Part shown: piece after piece, positions 21,204 to 30,661 of the stretch
Position numbering within the stretch: the stretch's first letter is position 1
Layout of the letters: every line of letters begins with the position of its first letter
Source: an uncultured Eubacteriales bacterium
GTDB lineage: Bacteria > Acidobacteriota > Aminicenantia > Aminicenantales > Aminicenantaceae
DNA length: 64,000 nt
NCBI GenBank assembly: GCA_964538085.1
Contig: CAZIDF010000002.1
Location: 24,844 to 88,843 of the forward strand
Reading direction: 5' to 3'
Notes under the pieces: generated by a model
Database searches by the model: none
Told to the model about the DNA's origin: nothing
The model's input: the letters and a program-made list of their open reading frames with translations, nothing else
Position numbers and translations under genes: made by a program

Positions 21204-21686
21204 ATGAATAGCTGGTTCGTGCTCAACACAAAGCCAAAAAAAGAATTCCAGGTGGAACGGCTGTTCGAAGAAGGCGGGATCGATTTTTATTGTCCCCGGT
21301 ATATCCATGAAACAAGAACCAAACCTTTTTTTCCCGGCTATGGATTCATCTATTTTGATTATCCTTCCCAGTACAGGTTGGTCAAGTACACGCGGGGAGT
21401 GAAACAGGTTATCGGAAACCAGGAGGGGCCCATCCCTGTTTCTGATGAGATCATCAAGCAGATCAGACAGAGAGAGGTCGATGGGTACATCGAACTGGAA
21501 AAGTATGGAGAAATACCCGAGATAGGAGATGAGATAGAGATCATGGAAGGCCCGATGAAAGGGCTGAAAGGGATATTCCGTAAAGAAATGACCGATAAAG
21601 AACGGGTTATCATCCTTCTCAACTATGTCTCCTACCAAGGTCAGCTGATCATCGAAAAGAAAAAAATAAAAAAGCTTCAAACATAA
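21204..21686 (+). CDS. NusG paralog (RfaH/UpxY-like antiterminator)
   Basis: WFVLNTKPKKE, PFFPGYGF, TRGV, KOW motif GDEIEIMEGPMKGLKG. Confidence 0.88.
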   Translation: MNSWFVLNTKPKKEFQVERLFEEGGIDFYCPRYIHETRTKPFFPGYGFIYFDYPSQYRLVKYTRGVKQVIGNQEGPIPVSDEIIKQIRQREVDGYIELEKYGEIPEIGDEIEIMEGPMKGLKGIFRKEMTDKERVIILLNYVSYQGQLIIEKKKIKKLQT

Positions 21687-21699
21687 TCAGGAGGTATTG

Positions 21700-22878
21700 A
21701 TGAAAGTGCCATTTTTAGATCTAAAAGCACAATACAGAACACTTAAACAAGAAATCGATAAAAAAATTCTTGAGGTTGTCGAGTCTCAGAAGTTCATATT
21801 GGGCTCAGAGGTCAGTGAAATAGAAAAAAAAATAGCCTCCTATACAAGGACAAAATATGGAATAGGAATTTCCTCGGGATCGGATGCATTGATCCTTTCC
21901 CTGATGGCGTTGGGAATAGGAAAAGAGGATGCCGTCGTGACAACGCCTTTTACTTTTTTTGCCACGGTGGGAGCTATTGTTCGGGTGGGAGCGCGAGTGA
22001 TTTTTTGTGACATCGACAGGAGAACGTACAATATGAACCCGGAGAGCCTAGAAGATGTGATAAAGATTGAGATAAAAAAGAATCCGGGCTCAAAAGTCAA
22101 GGCTATCATACCCGTTCATTTGTACGGTCAATGTGCAGATATGGATCCCATACTGGCCATTGCAGAAAAATACGAACTTTCTGTCGTCGAAGATGCGGCA
22201 CAAGCTATCGGTGCAGAGTATCCTTCTTCATCGGGAGTCCAGAATGCTTGTGGAATGGGGGATTTGGGCATCCTATCGTTTTTTCCTTCAAAAAACCTGG
22301 GAGCTTACGGAGATGGGGGAATGATTTTGACGAACAACGAAAATTTAGCAGAGAAAGCGAGGATTCTCAGGGTACACGGAGCTCAAAATAAGTACTTCCA
22401 TGACATTATCGGGGGAAATTTTCGTCTCGATTCTCTTCAAGCGGCAGTGTTGCTTGTGAAGCTGAACTATTTAGATGATTGGTCGCAAAAAAGGAAAAAT
22501 AATGCCCTTTTGTATGATAAGTTATTCAAGGAAACAGGATTGACAAAGAATGGGGTTCTTCAACTTCCGGATGCTATGTACAAACCCAGTGGAGTCCCGC
22601 GATATCACATTTATAATCAGTATGTCATACGGACAAAAAACAGAGATGCTCTCCAAAAATATCTCACGTCACAAGGAATCGCTACGGCTATATATTATCC
22701 TCTTGCCCTCCATCTCCAAGAATGTTTTACCTACTTGGGCTACGAACGAGGAGATTTTCCTGAAGCAGAAAAAGCCACAACCGAAGTTTTAGCCCTGCCC
22801 ATCTACCCTGAGCTGGAAATTGACCAGCAGGAATACGTCGTCTCTCGCATCGGAGAATTTTATGAAATCGGGAAATGA
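21700..22878 (+). CDS. DegT/DnrJ/EryC1/StrS family sugar aminotransferase
   Basis: VPFLDL, SGSDAL, PVHLYGQ, EDAAQA, SFFPSKNLGAYGDGG. Confidence 0.93.
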   Translation: MKVPFLDLKAQYRTLKQEIDKKILEVVESQKFILGSEVSEIEKKIASYTRTKYGIGISSGSDALILSLMALGIGKEDAVVTTPFTFFATVGAIVRVGARVIFCDIDRRTYNMNPESLEDVIKIEIKKNPGSKVKAIIPVHLYGQCADMDPILAIAEKYELSVVEDAAQAIGAEYPSSSGVQNACGMGDLGILSFFPSKNLGAYGDGGMILTNNENLAEKARILRVHGAQNKYFHDIIGGNFRLDSLQAAVLLVKLNYLDDWSQKRKNNALLYDKLFKETGLTKNGVLQLPDAMYKPSGVPRYHIYNQYVIRTKNRDALQKYLTSQGIATAIYYPLALHLQECFTYLGYERGDFPEAEKATTEVLALPIYPELEIDQQEYVVSRIGEFYEIGK

Positions 22879-22991
22879 TCTAGGTTATCGCGGTTCGTCC
22901 AGCTTCTTTATCCAACACTAACGCTTTCATTGGCCATAGGAGAAATATTTTGATATCTTTATAGTGAATTCTAGATTGAGCGGAGGATATC

Positions 22992-23690
22992 ATGAAAACC
23001 ATGGGCATGATCGGCGGGATGAGCTGGGAATCTACTTTAGAGTATTACCGGATCGTCAACGAAACCACAAAAAAAAGATTAGGGGGATTTCATTCAGCCA
23101 GATGTATCCTTTATTCTGTGGATTTTGAAGAGGTGGAAAAGCTGCAGCACTTGGGTGACTGGGAAGAATTAACTGTTTTGATGATAGATGCGGCCAAGAG
23201 ATTGGAGGGGGCAGGTACGGATTTTGTGATTATTTGCACCAACACGATGCACAAAATGGCCGAGGAGGTTGAAGGAGCCATAGGAATTCCGATCCTTCAT
23301 ATTGTTGATGTAACAGCCGAGGCTATCCGGGCCAATGGGGAGACGCGAGTCGGCTTGCTCGGCACAAAGTTCACGATGGAACAGGATTTTTATAAGGGAC
23401 GATTAAGGGATAAGCATGGATTGGAGGTTCTGATTCCCGGAGAAAAGGAGAGACAGATCGTGCATGATATTCTTTATGGCGAGCTTTGTCTTGGAGCGAT
23501 CAAAGAGCAGTCAAAAGATAAATTTAAAAGCATCATACAAAATCTCGTCGACCGAGGAGCTCAAAGCGTTATTCTCGGGTGCACCGAAATTCCGTTGATC
23601 GTCAGCCAGGATGATTACGCTATCCCCGTTTATGACACGACAAGACTCCATGCGCAAGCGGCTGTTGATTTTGCATTACGAGCAGGATGA
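22992..23690 (+). CDS. Aspartate/glutamate racemase family (YgeA/RacX-like)
   Basis: GGMSWEST, ICTNTMH, LGCTEI. Confidence 0.92.
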   Translation: MKTMGMIGGMSWESTLEYYRIVNETTKKRLGGFHSARCILYSVDFEEVEKLQHLGDWEELTVLMIDAAKRLEGAGTDFVIICTNTMHKMAEEVEGAIGIPILHIVDVTAEAIRANGETRVGLLGTKFTMEQDFYKGRLRDKHGLEVLIPGEKERQIVHDILYGELCLGAIKEQSKDKFKSIIQNLVDRGAQSVILGCTEIPLIVSQDDYAIPVYDTTRLHAQAAVDFALRAG

Positions 23691-23692
23691 GC

Positions 23693-24898
23693 TCATAGGA
23701 ATAGCCTGAGGATATTCCAAAAACCCAAAAGAGAGACAAGCAGGATCGCAACGCCACCCGCAATGTTTTGCCATGGTGTATTGACCAGGCCTGCCATATT
23801 CTTTCGATTGTTGAGAACGATCAAAAGGAAAATCGATGCCACAGGGAGGACCAGGCCGTTTGCCACCTGGGCAAAAACGATGATAGCGAGGGGATTGAAG
23901 TCGAAAAGCGAGACGATCAGTCCGGTCACGATGACTCCCATCCAAACCGCGCGAAAATTTCCAGATTTGGAATCCTTTTTCCAGCCAAGAATACCGGAGG
24001 AGGCAAAAGCAGCAGCATATGGAGCGGTTATGGCTGAGCTCAGTCCTGCCGCGAAAAATCCCATTCCGAATAGCAGGTTTGCGAAGGAACCGAATAAGGG
24101 CTTAAGCTGTTGTGCCATCTGGGCTCCGCTTTCCAGAGCAATGCCTTTTTCATAAAAAGCCACAGCAGAAGTGACCACGACCGAAACGGATATCAGACCG
24201 CCTAGACCGATGGATAAAAAAAGGTCTTTTTTGACGTTTCCTATGTCTTCTTTGCTTTTCCACTTTTCTTTTACGGAAGAAGAATGGAGGAACAGGTTAT
24301 AAGGAACGACCGTAGTGCCGACCAAAGCGAGCACGAGGAAAAGGGATTTGTCCGGAAATGTGGGGATCATCCCTTTAAAGATCGCGAGCATGTTGGGTTT
24401 GACAAGAATAAGGGTCGCCAGGAAGGAAAGACTCATGAAAAAAACCAGGAAAATCAAGAATTTTTCGACGACCCGGTATTTTTTTCTGCTGAGAACGAAC
24501 GCAGATATGAGAGATATCAAGATGACCCAGATTTTTTTTGATAAGGAACTGACCATCTCCAAACCCAACGCCCCTCCAACCAGGTTCCCGGCTTCATAAG
24601 CGGCACAACCGAATGTGACGGAGGAAAGAGTCAGGATGATAAAAAGCATTTTTGTCGTTCGATTTTTTGGGAATTCTCTTAAAGACTGGCCTAGATCATA
24701 TCCAGAACCCAGGCTCAGTCTTCCCGTCATTTCTTGCAAGATCAGCGTGGTGGCGACCGCAAAGACCAAAGCAAAAATAAGAGCATACCCGAATTGGGCG
24801 CCTGCCATCGAACAGGTTGTCACCGTCCCCGGACCTATAAAGGCTGCTGCGACGAGGAAACCCGGACCAAAGGCCTGCCTCCTATTTTTTTTTGCCAT
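23693..24898 (-). CDS. NRAMP-family permease (YcsG-like)
   Basis: GPGFLVAAAFIGPGTVTT, GTTVVPYNLFLH, about 11 TM segments. Confidence 0.88.
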   Translation of the reverse strand: MAKKNRRQAFGPGFLVAAAFIGPGTVTTCSMAGAQFGYALIFALVFAVATTLILQEMTGRLSLGSGYDLGQSLREFPKNRTTKMLFIILTLSSVTFGCAAYEAGNLVGGALGLEMVSSLSKKIWVILISLISAFVLSRKKYRVVEKFLIFLVFFMSLSFLATLILVKPNMLAIFKGMIPTFPDKSLFLVLALVGTTVVPYNLFLHSSSVKEKWKSKEDIGNVKKDLFLSIGLGGLISVSVVVTSAVAFYEKGIALESGAQMAQQLKPLFGSFANLLFGMGFFAAGLSSAITAPYAAAFASSGILGWKKDSKSGNFRAVWMGVIVTGLIVSLFDFNPLAIIVFAQVANGLVLPVASIFLLIVLNNRKNMAGLVNTPWQNIAGGVAILLVSLLGFWNILRLFL

Positions 24899-26450
24899 AT
24901 CCCCCGCCTCCAGGTGTTTCGATACGCAGAATATCTCCGGGCTGGACTTTTAGATTTGCTTTGGGACCCAAATATTTTTTCTTTCCTTTGTGAGGGATTA
25001 ATAGATTTTTCCCCTTTTTTCCATCCTCTCCTCCCAGAACGCCATAAGGAGAAAACTTTCGTCTCTCCGATAGGATGGACACTTGAGTGGGGACGAAAAA
25101 TTGGTATTCCCTGATGATGCCTTCTCCCCCTTTAAACTTGCCACTTCCTCCCGAGGATTTTCTCAAGGCATATTTTCTGATTCTCATGGGCAGATAATTT
25201 TCAAGAGCTTCTATAGGGGTATTCAAGGAGTTTGTCATATGGGTATGCACCCCACTCAGTCCGTCTCTTACCGGACTGGCCCCCATTCCGCCACCGATGG
25301 TTTCGTAATAGGTGAATCGGGATTCTTTTTCCGTGTCATATCCACCAAAGGCCACATTGTTCATTGTTCCCGAGCTGGCCGCTGGAATTTTTTCTGGGAT
25401 GGCCTTCGAAAGAGCACCGAGGATAACATCGACAATCCTCTGAGATGTCTCAACGTTGCCCCCGGCTGTGGCCGCTGGATGCTGGGCATTGACCACGGAA
25501 CCTGTGGGCGCTACAATTTTGAGCGGTCGCATCAAACCTGTGTTAAAGGGAATATCTTCCTCCACAAGGCAGCGAAACACGTACAAGATGGCCGAACATG
25601 TGACCGCAAAGTTGGCATTCACTCCTCCCTCCACTTGGGCTGAGGAAGAACTGAAGTCGAGGATCGCTTCGTCCCCCTGGATGCTTATCTGGACGGCTAT
25701 TTTGACGGGATCATCCGTTATCCCGTCATTGTCCATGAAATCCGCAAAGGAATATATCCCATCTGGAATGTTTCGTATGGTTTTCCGCAAAATATTCTCT
25801 GTGTAGTTTTGGATGATCTGGCCATACTGAATGAGCTTTTTGTGGCCAAATTTTGCGGCCATTTCTTTCAATCGTTGCTTGCCTGTATTGTTGGCAGCTA
25901 TTTGTGCCAAGATGTCTCCCTTTCTTTCCTCAGGCGTGCGCACGTTGGCCAGGATAAGATCGAGAATGTCTTTCTCGAGGCTCCCTTTCCTGACGAGTTT
26001 CACAGGAGGAATGATCAAACCTTCTTGGAAGATTTCAGAGGCAAGTGGCATCGAACCGGGAGTCATGCCTCCTACATCAGAGTGGTGGGCACGATTAGCG
26101 ACGAAAAATGTCAGCGTATTCCCTACGAACACGGGTGAAATGCAGGTAATGTCGGGAAGATGTGTGCCACCTTGATAGGGATCATTCAAGATCACAAGAT
26201 CCTTGTCGTCGAATGAGAGGATTTGAAGTGTGGCCTGAACGGATAAGGGCATAGCTCCTAGGTGAACCGGAATGTGCGATCCTTGAGCGAATGTCTCTCC
26301 TTCAGCATTGAACAAAGCACATGAAAAGTCCTTTCTTTCTTTAATGTTCGGGGAGAGGGCTGATCGACCTAGAACAGCTCCCATCTCTTCTGAAATGGAC
26401 ACAAAGATGTTTTTGAAAAGCTCCAACTCGATCGGATCGAAATTGTTCAT
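24882..26450 (-). CDS. Hydantoinase B / 5-oxoprolinase subunit
   Basis: SPNIKERKDFSCA, HIPVHLG, NDPYQGGTHLPD, ETPGGGGYG. Confidence 0.93.
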   Translation of the reverse strand: MNNFDPIELELFKNIFVSISEEMGAVLGRSALSPNIKERKDFSCALFNAEGETFAQGSHIPVHLGAMPLSVQATLQILSFDDKDLVILNDPYQGGTHLPDITCISPVFVGNTLTFFVANRAHHSDVGGMTPGSMPLASEIFQEGLIIPPVKLVRKGSLEKDILDLILANVRTPEERKGDILAQIAANNTGKQRLKEMAAKFGHKKLIQYGQIIQNYTENILRKTIRNIPDGIYSFADFMDNDGITDDPVKIAVQISIQGDEAILDFSSSSAQVEGGVNANFAVTCSAILYVFRCLVEEDIPFNTGLMRPLKIVAPTGSVVNAQHPAATAGGNVETSQRIVDVILGALSKAIPEKIPAASSGTMNNVAFGGYDTEKESRFTYYETIGGGMGASPVRDGLSGVHTHMTNSLNTPIEALENYLPMRIRKYALRKSSGGSGKFKGGEGIIREYQFFVPTQVSILSERRKFSPYGVLGGEDGKKGKNLLIPHKGKKKYLGPKANLKVQPGDILRIETPGGGGYGKKK

Positions 26451-26454
26451 CGGA

Positions 26455-28461
26455 TTAGATCGATTTCTCCATGATCAGATTGAGAAAACCATCCACCACA
26501 AGGGTGAATCCGGGAGGAAGGAAAGTCGTCGAATCTTGATCCACGATAAGAGCCGGACCGAGAATCCTGTTGCCTGCCCCGAGGATTTTCCTAACGTAGA
26601 CGGAAGCCATGTGTTTTTTTCCTCCATAATAGAGCGTTTGTTTTTTTAGCCATGCTTGTTTCGAAGGTATCTCTCCCCTCATTCGATGTTTTTTCAAGCT
26701 GATTTTTTTGGTAACACCGATGGATTTCAGACGGATATTGACGATCTCGACAGGGTGCCCGACGTGATGGTATGAATAGAGCTTCTGGTGGGCTCTGTGA
26801 AAATCGGATAAAAAGGTTAGATGGGTTGATTTTGTGGGCCGATAGGGAAGAGTGATCTCATAGGACTGTCCCAGGTACCTGAGGTCGAGAAAAGGAGACA
26901 TGCGGATATTTTCTGCGGCAAATCCCTCTTCTTTCATATCCCGGAGGCTTTTTTTCTGAAGTGCATGAACATGTTTTTCCAGTTCTTGCGGTGTTGTGAG
27001 CTCGACCGATTTCAAGATGGATTGGGAGTAGTCTTTTATGGAATCTGCCATGAGCAAACCCAAGGCAGAAAGAACACCGGCGTTTTTGGGAACGATCACT
27101 TTTACGATATCTAGGTTCGAAGCGATCTGGATCGCGTGCATACCCCCGGCTCCACCGAAAGATATGAGGGCAAAATCCCGTGGGTCGTGACCGCGCTCTA
27201 TGGAAATGACCCGGATGGCTTTTTCCATGTTGGCATTGGCGATCTGGATGATCCCGGAGGCAGTCTCCAAATAGGTCTTGTCAATTTTTTTTGCGAGATT
27301 ATTTATAACTCTTTTGCTTCTTTCCGGGAATATCTTCATCTTGCCGCCGAGAAAAAATTCCGGAACCAGGCGACCGAGGACAAGATTGGCATCTGTAACT
27401 GTCGGAATATTCCCCTTGCCATAACAAGCCGGGCCGGGGTCGGCACCAACGCTGTGCGGCCCGACCCGCAACGATCCCCCGCTGTCCACGAAAGCGATCG
27501 AACCACCTCCGGCTCCCACGGTGTGAATGTCGATGATCGGAAGGCGCACTGGATAATCGCCGATCTGGCTTTCACTTGTCCTTTGAATTTTGCCATCGAT
27601 CAAACAGACATCCGAAGATGTCCCTCCCATATCAAAGGAGATCATTTTTTTCAGTCCGATGGATTTTCCTAAATGAAAAGCCCCGACAACACCCCCGGCA
27701 GGGCCGGAGAGGGCTGTTCTGATCGGTTCTGCTTTGGCGATCTTGGGTGAGATGTATCCTTCGTTAGATTGCATGATGCGCAAGTTCTGGATCGAGAGCT
27801 TCCGCTCTAAACTCATCAGATATTGGCTGATAACAGGCATCAAGAATGCATTCACAACGGCAACGACCGTTCTTTCAAATTCTCGGTGTTCGGGTAAGAT
27901 GTCGCTCGATATAGAGTACAGGATGTGTTTTGCTTTAAGTCTGTCCCGGACGAATCCTTCGTTCGAAGGATTGGCAAAGGAGTTGACCAAGGAGACGGCG
28001 ACAGCCTCCACTTTTTTCTTTATGATGTTATCCAGGACGGTTTCCAATTCTTTCTCAGAGATCTTTTTTTCTGTTTTTCCTGTTGCCGTTGTCCGTTCTT
28101 CCAAACCGAAGCTTAAGCTCCGGGGAAGCAAAGGGTGCCTATCCTCCCCCTGGAGACTGTACAGGTTTTTCCGAACCTGTCGGCCGATAAACAGGATATC
28201 TTCAAAGCCTTTGGTGGTGATTAGAGCTACACGACCTCCCTTTCTTTCCAATAGAGAATTGGTTGCAACGGTTGTCCCATGAATGACAAAAGGAAAGGAG
28301 GAGGCTGACCGGTACTCTTGAATACCACGAAGAATGGCTTGAGAAGGGTCATCAGGGGTAGACGGAATTTTTAATACTTCCAGCCTGCCATCGGTCGCGA
28401 TCACGAAGTCTGTGAAAGTGCCTCCTGTGTCCACACCGATCCGGATTTCCTTCGTCTTCAT
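26455..28461 (-). CDS. Hydantoinase A / 5-oxoprolinase ATP-binding subunit
   Basis: DTGGTFTD, HGTTVATN, SGPAGG, DMGGTS, GAGGGS. ATG overlaps the upstream stop. Confidence 0.93.
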   Translation of the reverse strand: MKTKEIRIGVDTGGTFTDFVIATDGRLEVLKIPSTPDDPSQAILRGIQEYRSASSFPFVIHGTTVATNSLLERKGGRVALITTKGFEDILFIGRQVRKNLYSLQGEDRHPLLPRSLSFGLEERTTATGKTEKKISEKELETVLDNIIKKKVEAVAVSLVNSFANPSNEGFVRDRLKAKHILYSISSDILPEHREFERTVVAVVNAFLMPVISQYLMSLERKLSIQNLRIMQSNEGYISPKIAKAEPIRTALSGPAGGVVGAFHLGKSIGLKKMISFDMGGTSSDVCLIDGKIQRTSESQIGDYPVRLPIIDIHTVGAGGGSIAFVDSGGSLRVGPHSVGADPGPACYGKGNIPTVTDANLVLGRLVPEFFLGGKMKIFPERSKRVINNLAKKIDKTYLETASGIIQIANANMEKAIRVISIERGHDPRDFALISFGGAGGMHAIQIASNLDIVKVIVPKNAGVLSALGLLMADSIKDYSQSILKSVELTTPQELEKHVHALQKKSLRDMKEEGFAAENIRMSPFLDLRYLGQSYEITLPYRPTKSTHLTFLSDFHRAHQKLYSYHHVGHPVEIVNIRLKSIGVTKKISLKKHRMRGEIPSKQAWLKKQTLYYGGKKHMASVYVRKILGAGNRILGPALIVDQDSTTFLPPGFTLVVDGFLNLIMEKSI

Positions 28462-28679
28462 TGCTTGCAACTATCACAAGATGTGGAGGAACACGTGTCG
28501 CAGCTGCTGGAGGAAGCTTTGAGTTTGTTGCTGCTTCCTCCGATACCGAAAGAAGAAACAAGTTTCTCGAGGTTTTTGTTCCCGCAATTTTTACAAGAAA
28601 CGCTTTTTTCTCCGCCGATAGCGACAAGGGCTTCCATATGAGTCTGACATTTATTACAGAAAAATTCGTAGATGGGCAT
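28458..28679 (-). CDS. FmdB-family zinc-ribbon protein
   Basis: MPIYEFFCNKC...CKNCG with Cys-rich tail. Confidence 0.88.
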   Translation of the reverse strand: MPIYEFFCNKCQTHMEALVAIGGEKSVSCKNCGNKNLEKLVSSFGIGGSSNKLKASSSSCDTCSSTSCDSCKQ

Positions 28680-28686
28680 GGGAACT

Positions 28687-29064
28687 TCAGGTTTTTTTTA
28701 AGATGTTTTCAAGGGTTTTTTTTAATTCTTCCTCGCTTATAGGTTTGAGGATAAATCCGGAAGGATTGACCTCTTGGGCTTTGGCCATTGTGATTTCATC
28801 TGCAAAACCTGTAAGGAACACCACGGGTATTTGGAAAAGAGCCCGGATTCTCTTGGCGGCTTCTATTCCATCTATCTCTCCCTTTAATCCGATATCCATC
28901 AGGACCAGATCAGGGGCTGACTGCTCTACTTTTTTGACGGCTTCATCTCCCTGAAAGGCTATGGCTGCGATGCTGTAACCGGCTTTTTTCAACATGTTCT
29001 GTATGTCGATCGAAACCACGCCTTCGTCTTCCACGACCATGATGTTGGCTTTGCTGGCAGTCAT
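28687..29064 (-). CDS. Single-domain response regulator receiver
   Basis: IMVVEDE, PDLVLMDI, VVFLTG, KP. Confidence 0.9.
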   Translation of the reverse strand: MTASKANIMVVEDEGVVSIDIQNMLKKAGYSIAAIAFQGDEAVKKVEQSAPDLVLMDIGLKGEIDGIEAAKRIRALFQIPVVFLTGFADEITMAKAQEVNPSGFILKPISEEELKKTLENILKKT

Positions 29065-29529
29065 CTAAATTACCGCAATAGCCTCGATCTCCACCTTGAC
29101 ATTTTTCGGCAGCCGGGCAACCTGCACAGCTGCACGGGCGGGATATGGAGGCTTAAAAAATTCTGCATAGACGGCATTCATACGGCTGAAATCGTCCATA
29201 TCCTCGAGAAAAACGGTGCATTTGATGACGTTGTCAAATGTGCATCCCCCTTCATCCAATACGGCTTCAAGGTTGTTCAAAACCAGCCTTGTTTGATCCT
29301 CGATGCTTCCCGAGTTCAGTTCTCCCGTGGATGGATCGATCGATATCTGGCCAGAAGCAAATATCATGCCGTTGGCGGCGATAGCCTGAGAATACGGACC
29401 GATCGCTTCGGGAGCTTTGTCTGTTTTGATGACTTTTTTCATCGTTTTTCTCCTTGTTTGATTTCCGAGTAGATGAGGACCGACCAGGGCCACACCACCT
29501 ATGGTTATTAGAGCGTGTCTTCTTTTCAT
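29065..29529 (-). CDS. ridA: RidA/YjgF family enamine deaminase (core starts at 29442)
   Basis: APEAIGPYSQA, SGQI, MNAVY, PARAAVQVARLP..VKVEIE. Confidence 0.92.
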   Translation of the reverse strand: MKRRHALITIGGVALVGPHLLGNQTRRKTMKKVIKTDKAPEAIGPYSQAIAANGMIFASGQISIDPSTGELNSGSIEDQTRLVLNNLEAVLDEGGCTFDNVIKCTVFLEDMDDFSRMNAVYAEFFKPPYPARAAVQVARLPKNVKVEIEAIAVI

Positions 29530-29680
29530 CCTAAACTCTCCTTTTGAGATTGTTCTAGGATTCCCTCGTACAGAACAACATTGTATTAAATCATGGGGCT
29601 AGATTCCAGAAAAATCATTGAACATCGTTAACAATACATTAGTGATGGTTTTGATGGGGAGAACAGAAGATTGAGAAAGA

Positions 29681-30661
29681 TCAATCCTTTATCATGTCGG
29701 TGCGGATGAGGATGTCGAATCCTTCAAAGGCATAGCGGCGCAGATTCCCATCCTGTTTAAAATTGCCCGTTCCTGCCATGATGTCTTCAAAGGCAGCCGC
29801 GACACGAAGAATGACCTCGCTTTTTACCCAGGGATCATTATGTCCGGAGCATAGGTAGTCATATTCGTCGATACGGCTTTTCAACAAATCGATGGAGGCT
29901 CTGTACTGCCCGATATCCACATCGGCCGGATAGGCATACAGGGGCCCGGGAAAAAATGTATCTCCCGAAAAGAGCAGACGGATTTTCTTATCCAACAAGC
30001 AGATCGAACCGGGAGAGTGTCCTGGAGTATAGATGACTTCCAGTTCTCGTCCTACTCCCAGATCGATGATGTCGCCATCCTCCAAAAGATCTGTGGGTTT
30101 TGCAGGAGGGATTTCCCAAGTATCACTATCAAATTCTTCAGGGAGAGATTTCCAGATCGAGTCTCCCGTGATGCTGGATCGTAGCCGGTCATTTTTTACT
30201 CCTTGGAGGAGCTTTTTTATGCATTCTGGATGGTTGAAACAGGCAATGGAATCGAACTGGCTGTTTGCACCTATATGATCCCAGTGCGTATGCGTGTTCA
30301 CGACCGATACAGGGAGATCCGTCAGCTCTTGGACAAGCTTTCTGAGGTCTCCTATTCCAGTCCCTGTGTCGATCAATATCCCCTTTTCCTTACCTATCAC
30401 AAGGTAGCTGATGGCCTCCTCGAATTGGAAGGGTTCATAGATGGCCAGGGTGTCATGGGAGATTTTGTAAACCTCATACCATTCCTGAGCGACGTTTATT
30501 TTTTCAAGCGAAGAATAAACGGGACGAGGCAAGTTTTCCCACCAGCTCTTGGGCTGGATGGTCTCAGCCCTTTGGGAAGTCTCTTTTGCAGGCTTTTCAC
30601 CCTGGCATGATACCAAAATCAGAGCCAATGAGAAGAATAGGACCCTATATCCCTCAATCAC
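29681..30661 (-). CDS. Metallo-beta-lactamase-fold hydrolase, lipoprotein
   Basis: LVSC lipobox, THTHWDHIG, TPGHS, SGD, GH. Confidence 0.88.
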   Translation of the reverse strand: MIEGYRVLFFSLALILVSCQGEKPAKETSQRAETIQPKSWWENLPRPVYSSLEKINVAQEWYEVYKISHDTLAIYEPFQFEEAISYLVIGKEKGILIDTGTGIGDLRKLVQELTDLPVSVVNTHTHWDHIGANSQFDSIACFNHPECIKKLLQGVKNDRLRSSITGDSIWKSLPEEFDSDTWEIPPAKPTDLLEDGDIIDLGVGRELEVIYTPGHSPGSICLLDKKIRLLFSGDTFFPGPLYAYPADVDIGQYRASIDLLKSRIDEYDYLCSGHNDPWVKSEVILRVAAAFEDIMAGTGNFKQDGNLRRYAFEGFDILIRTDMIKD

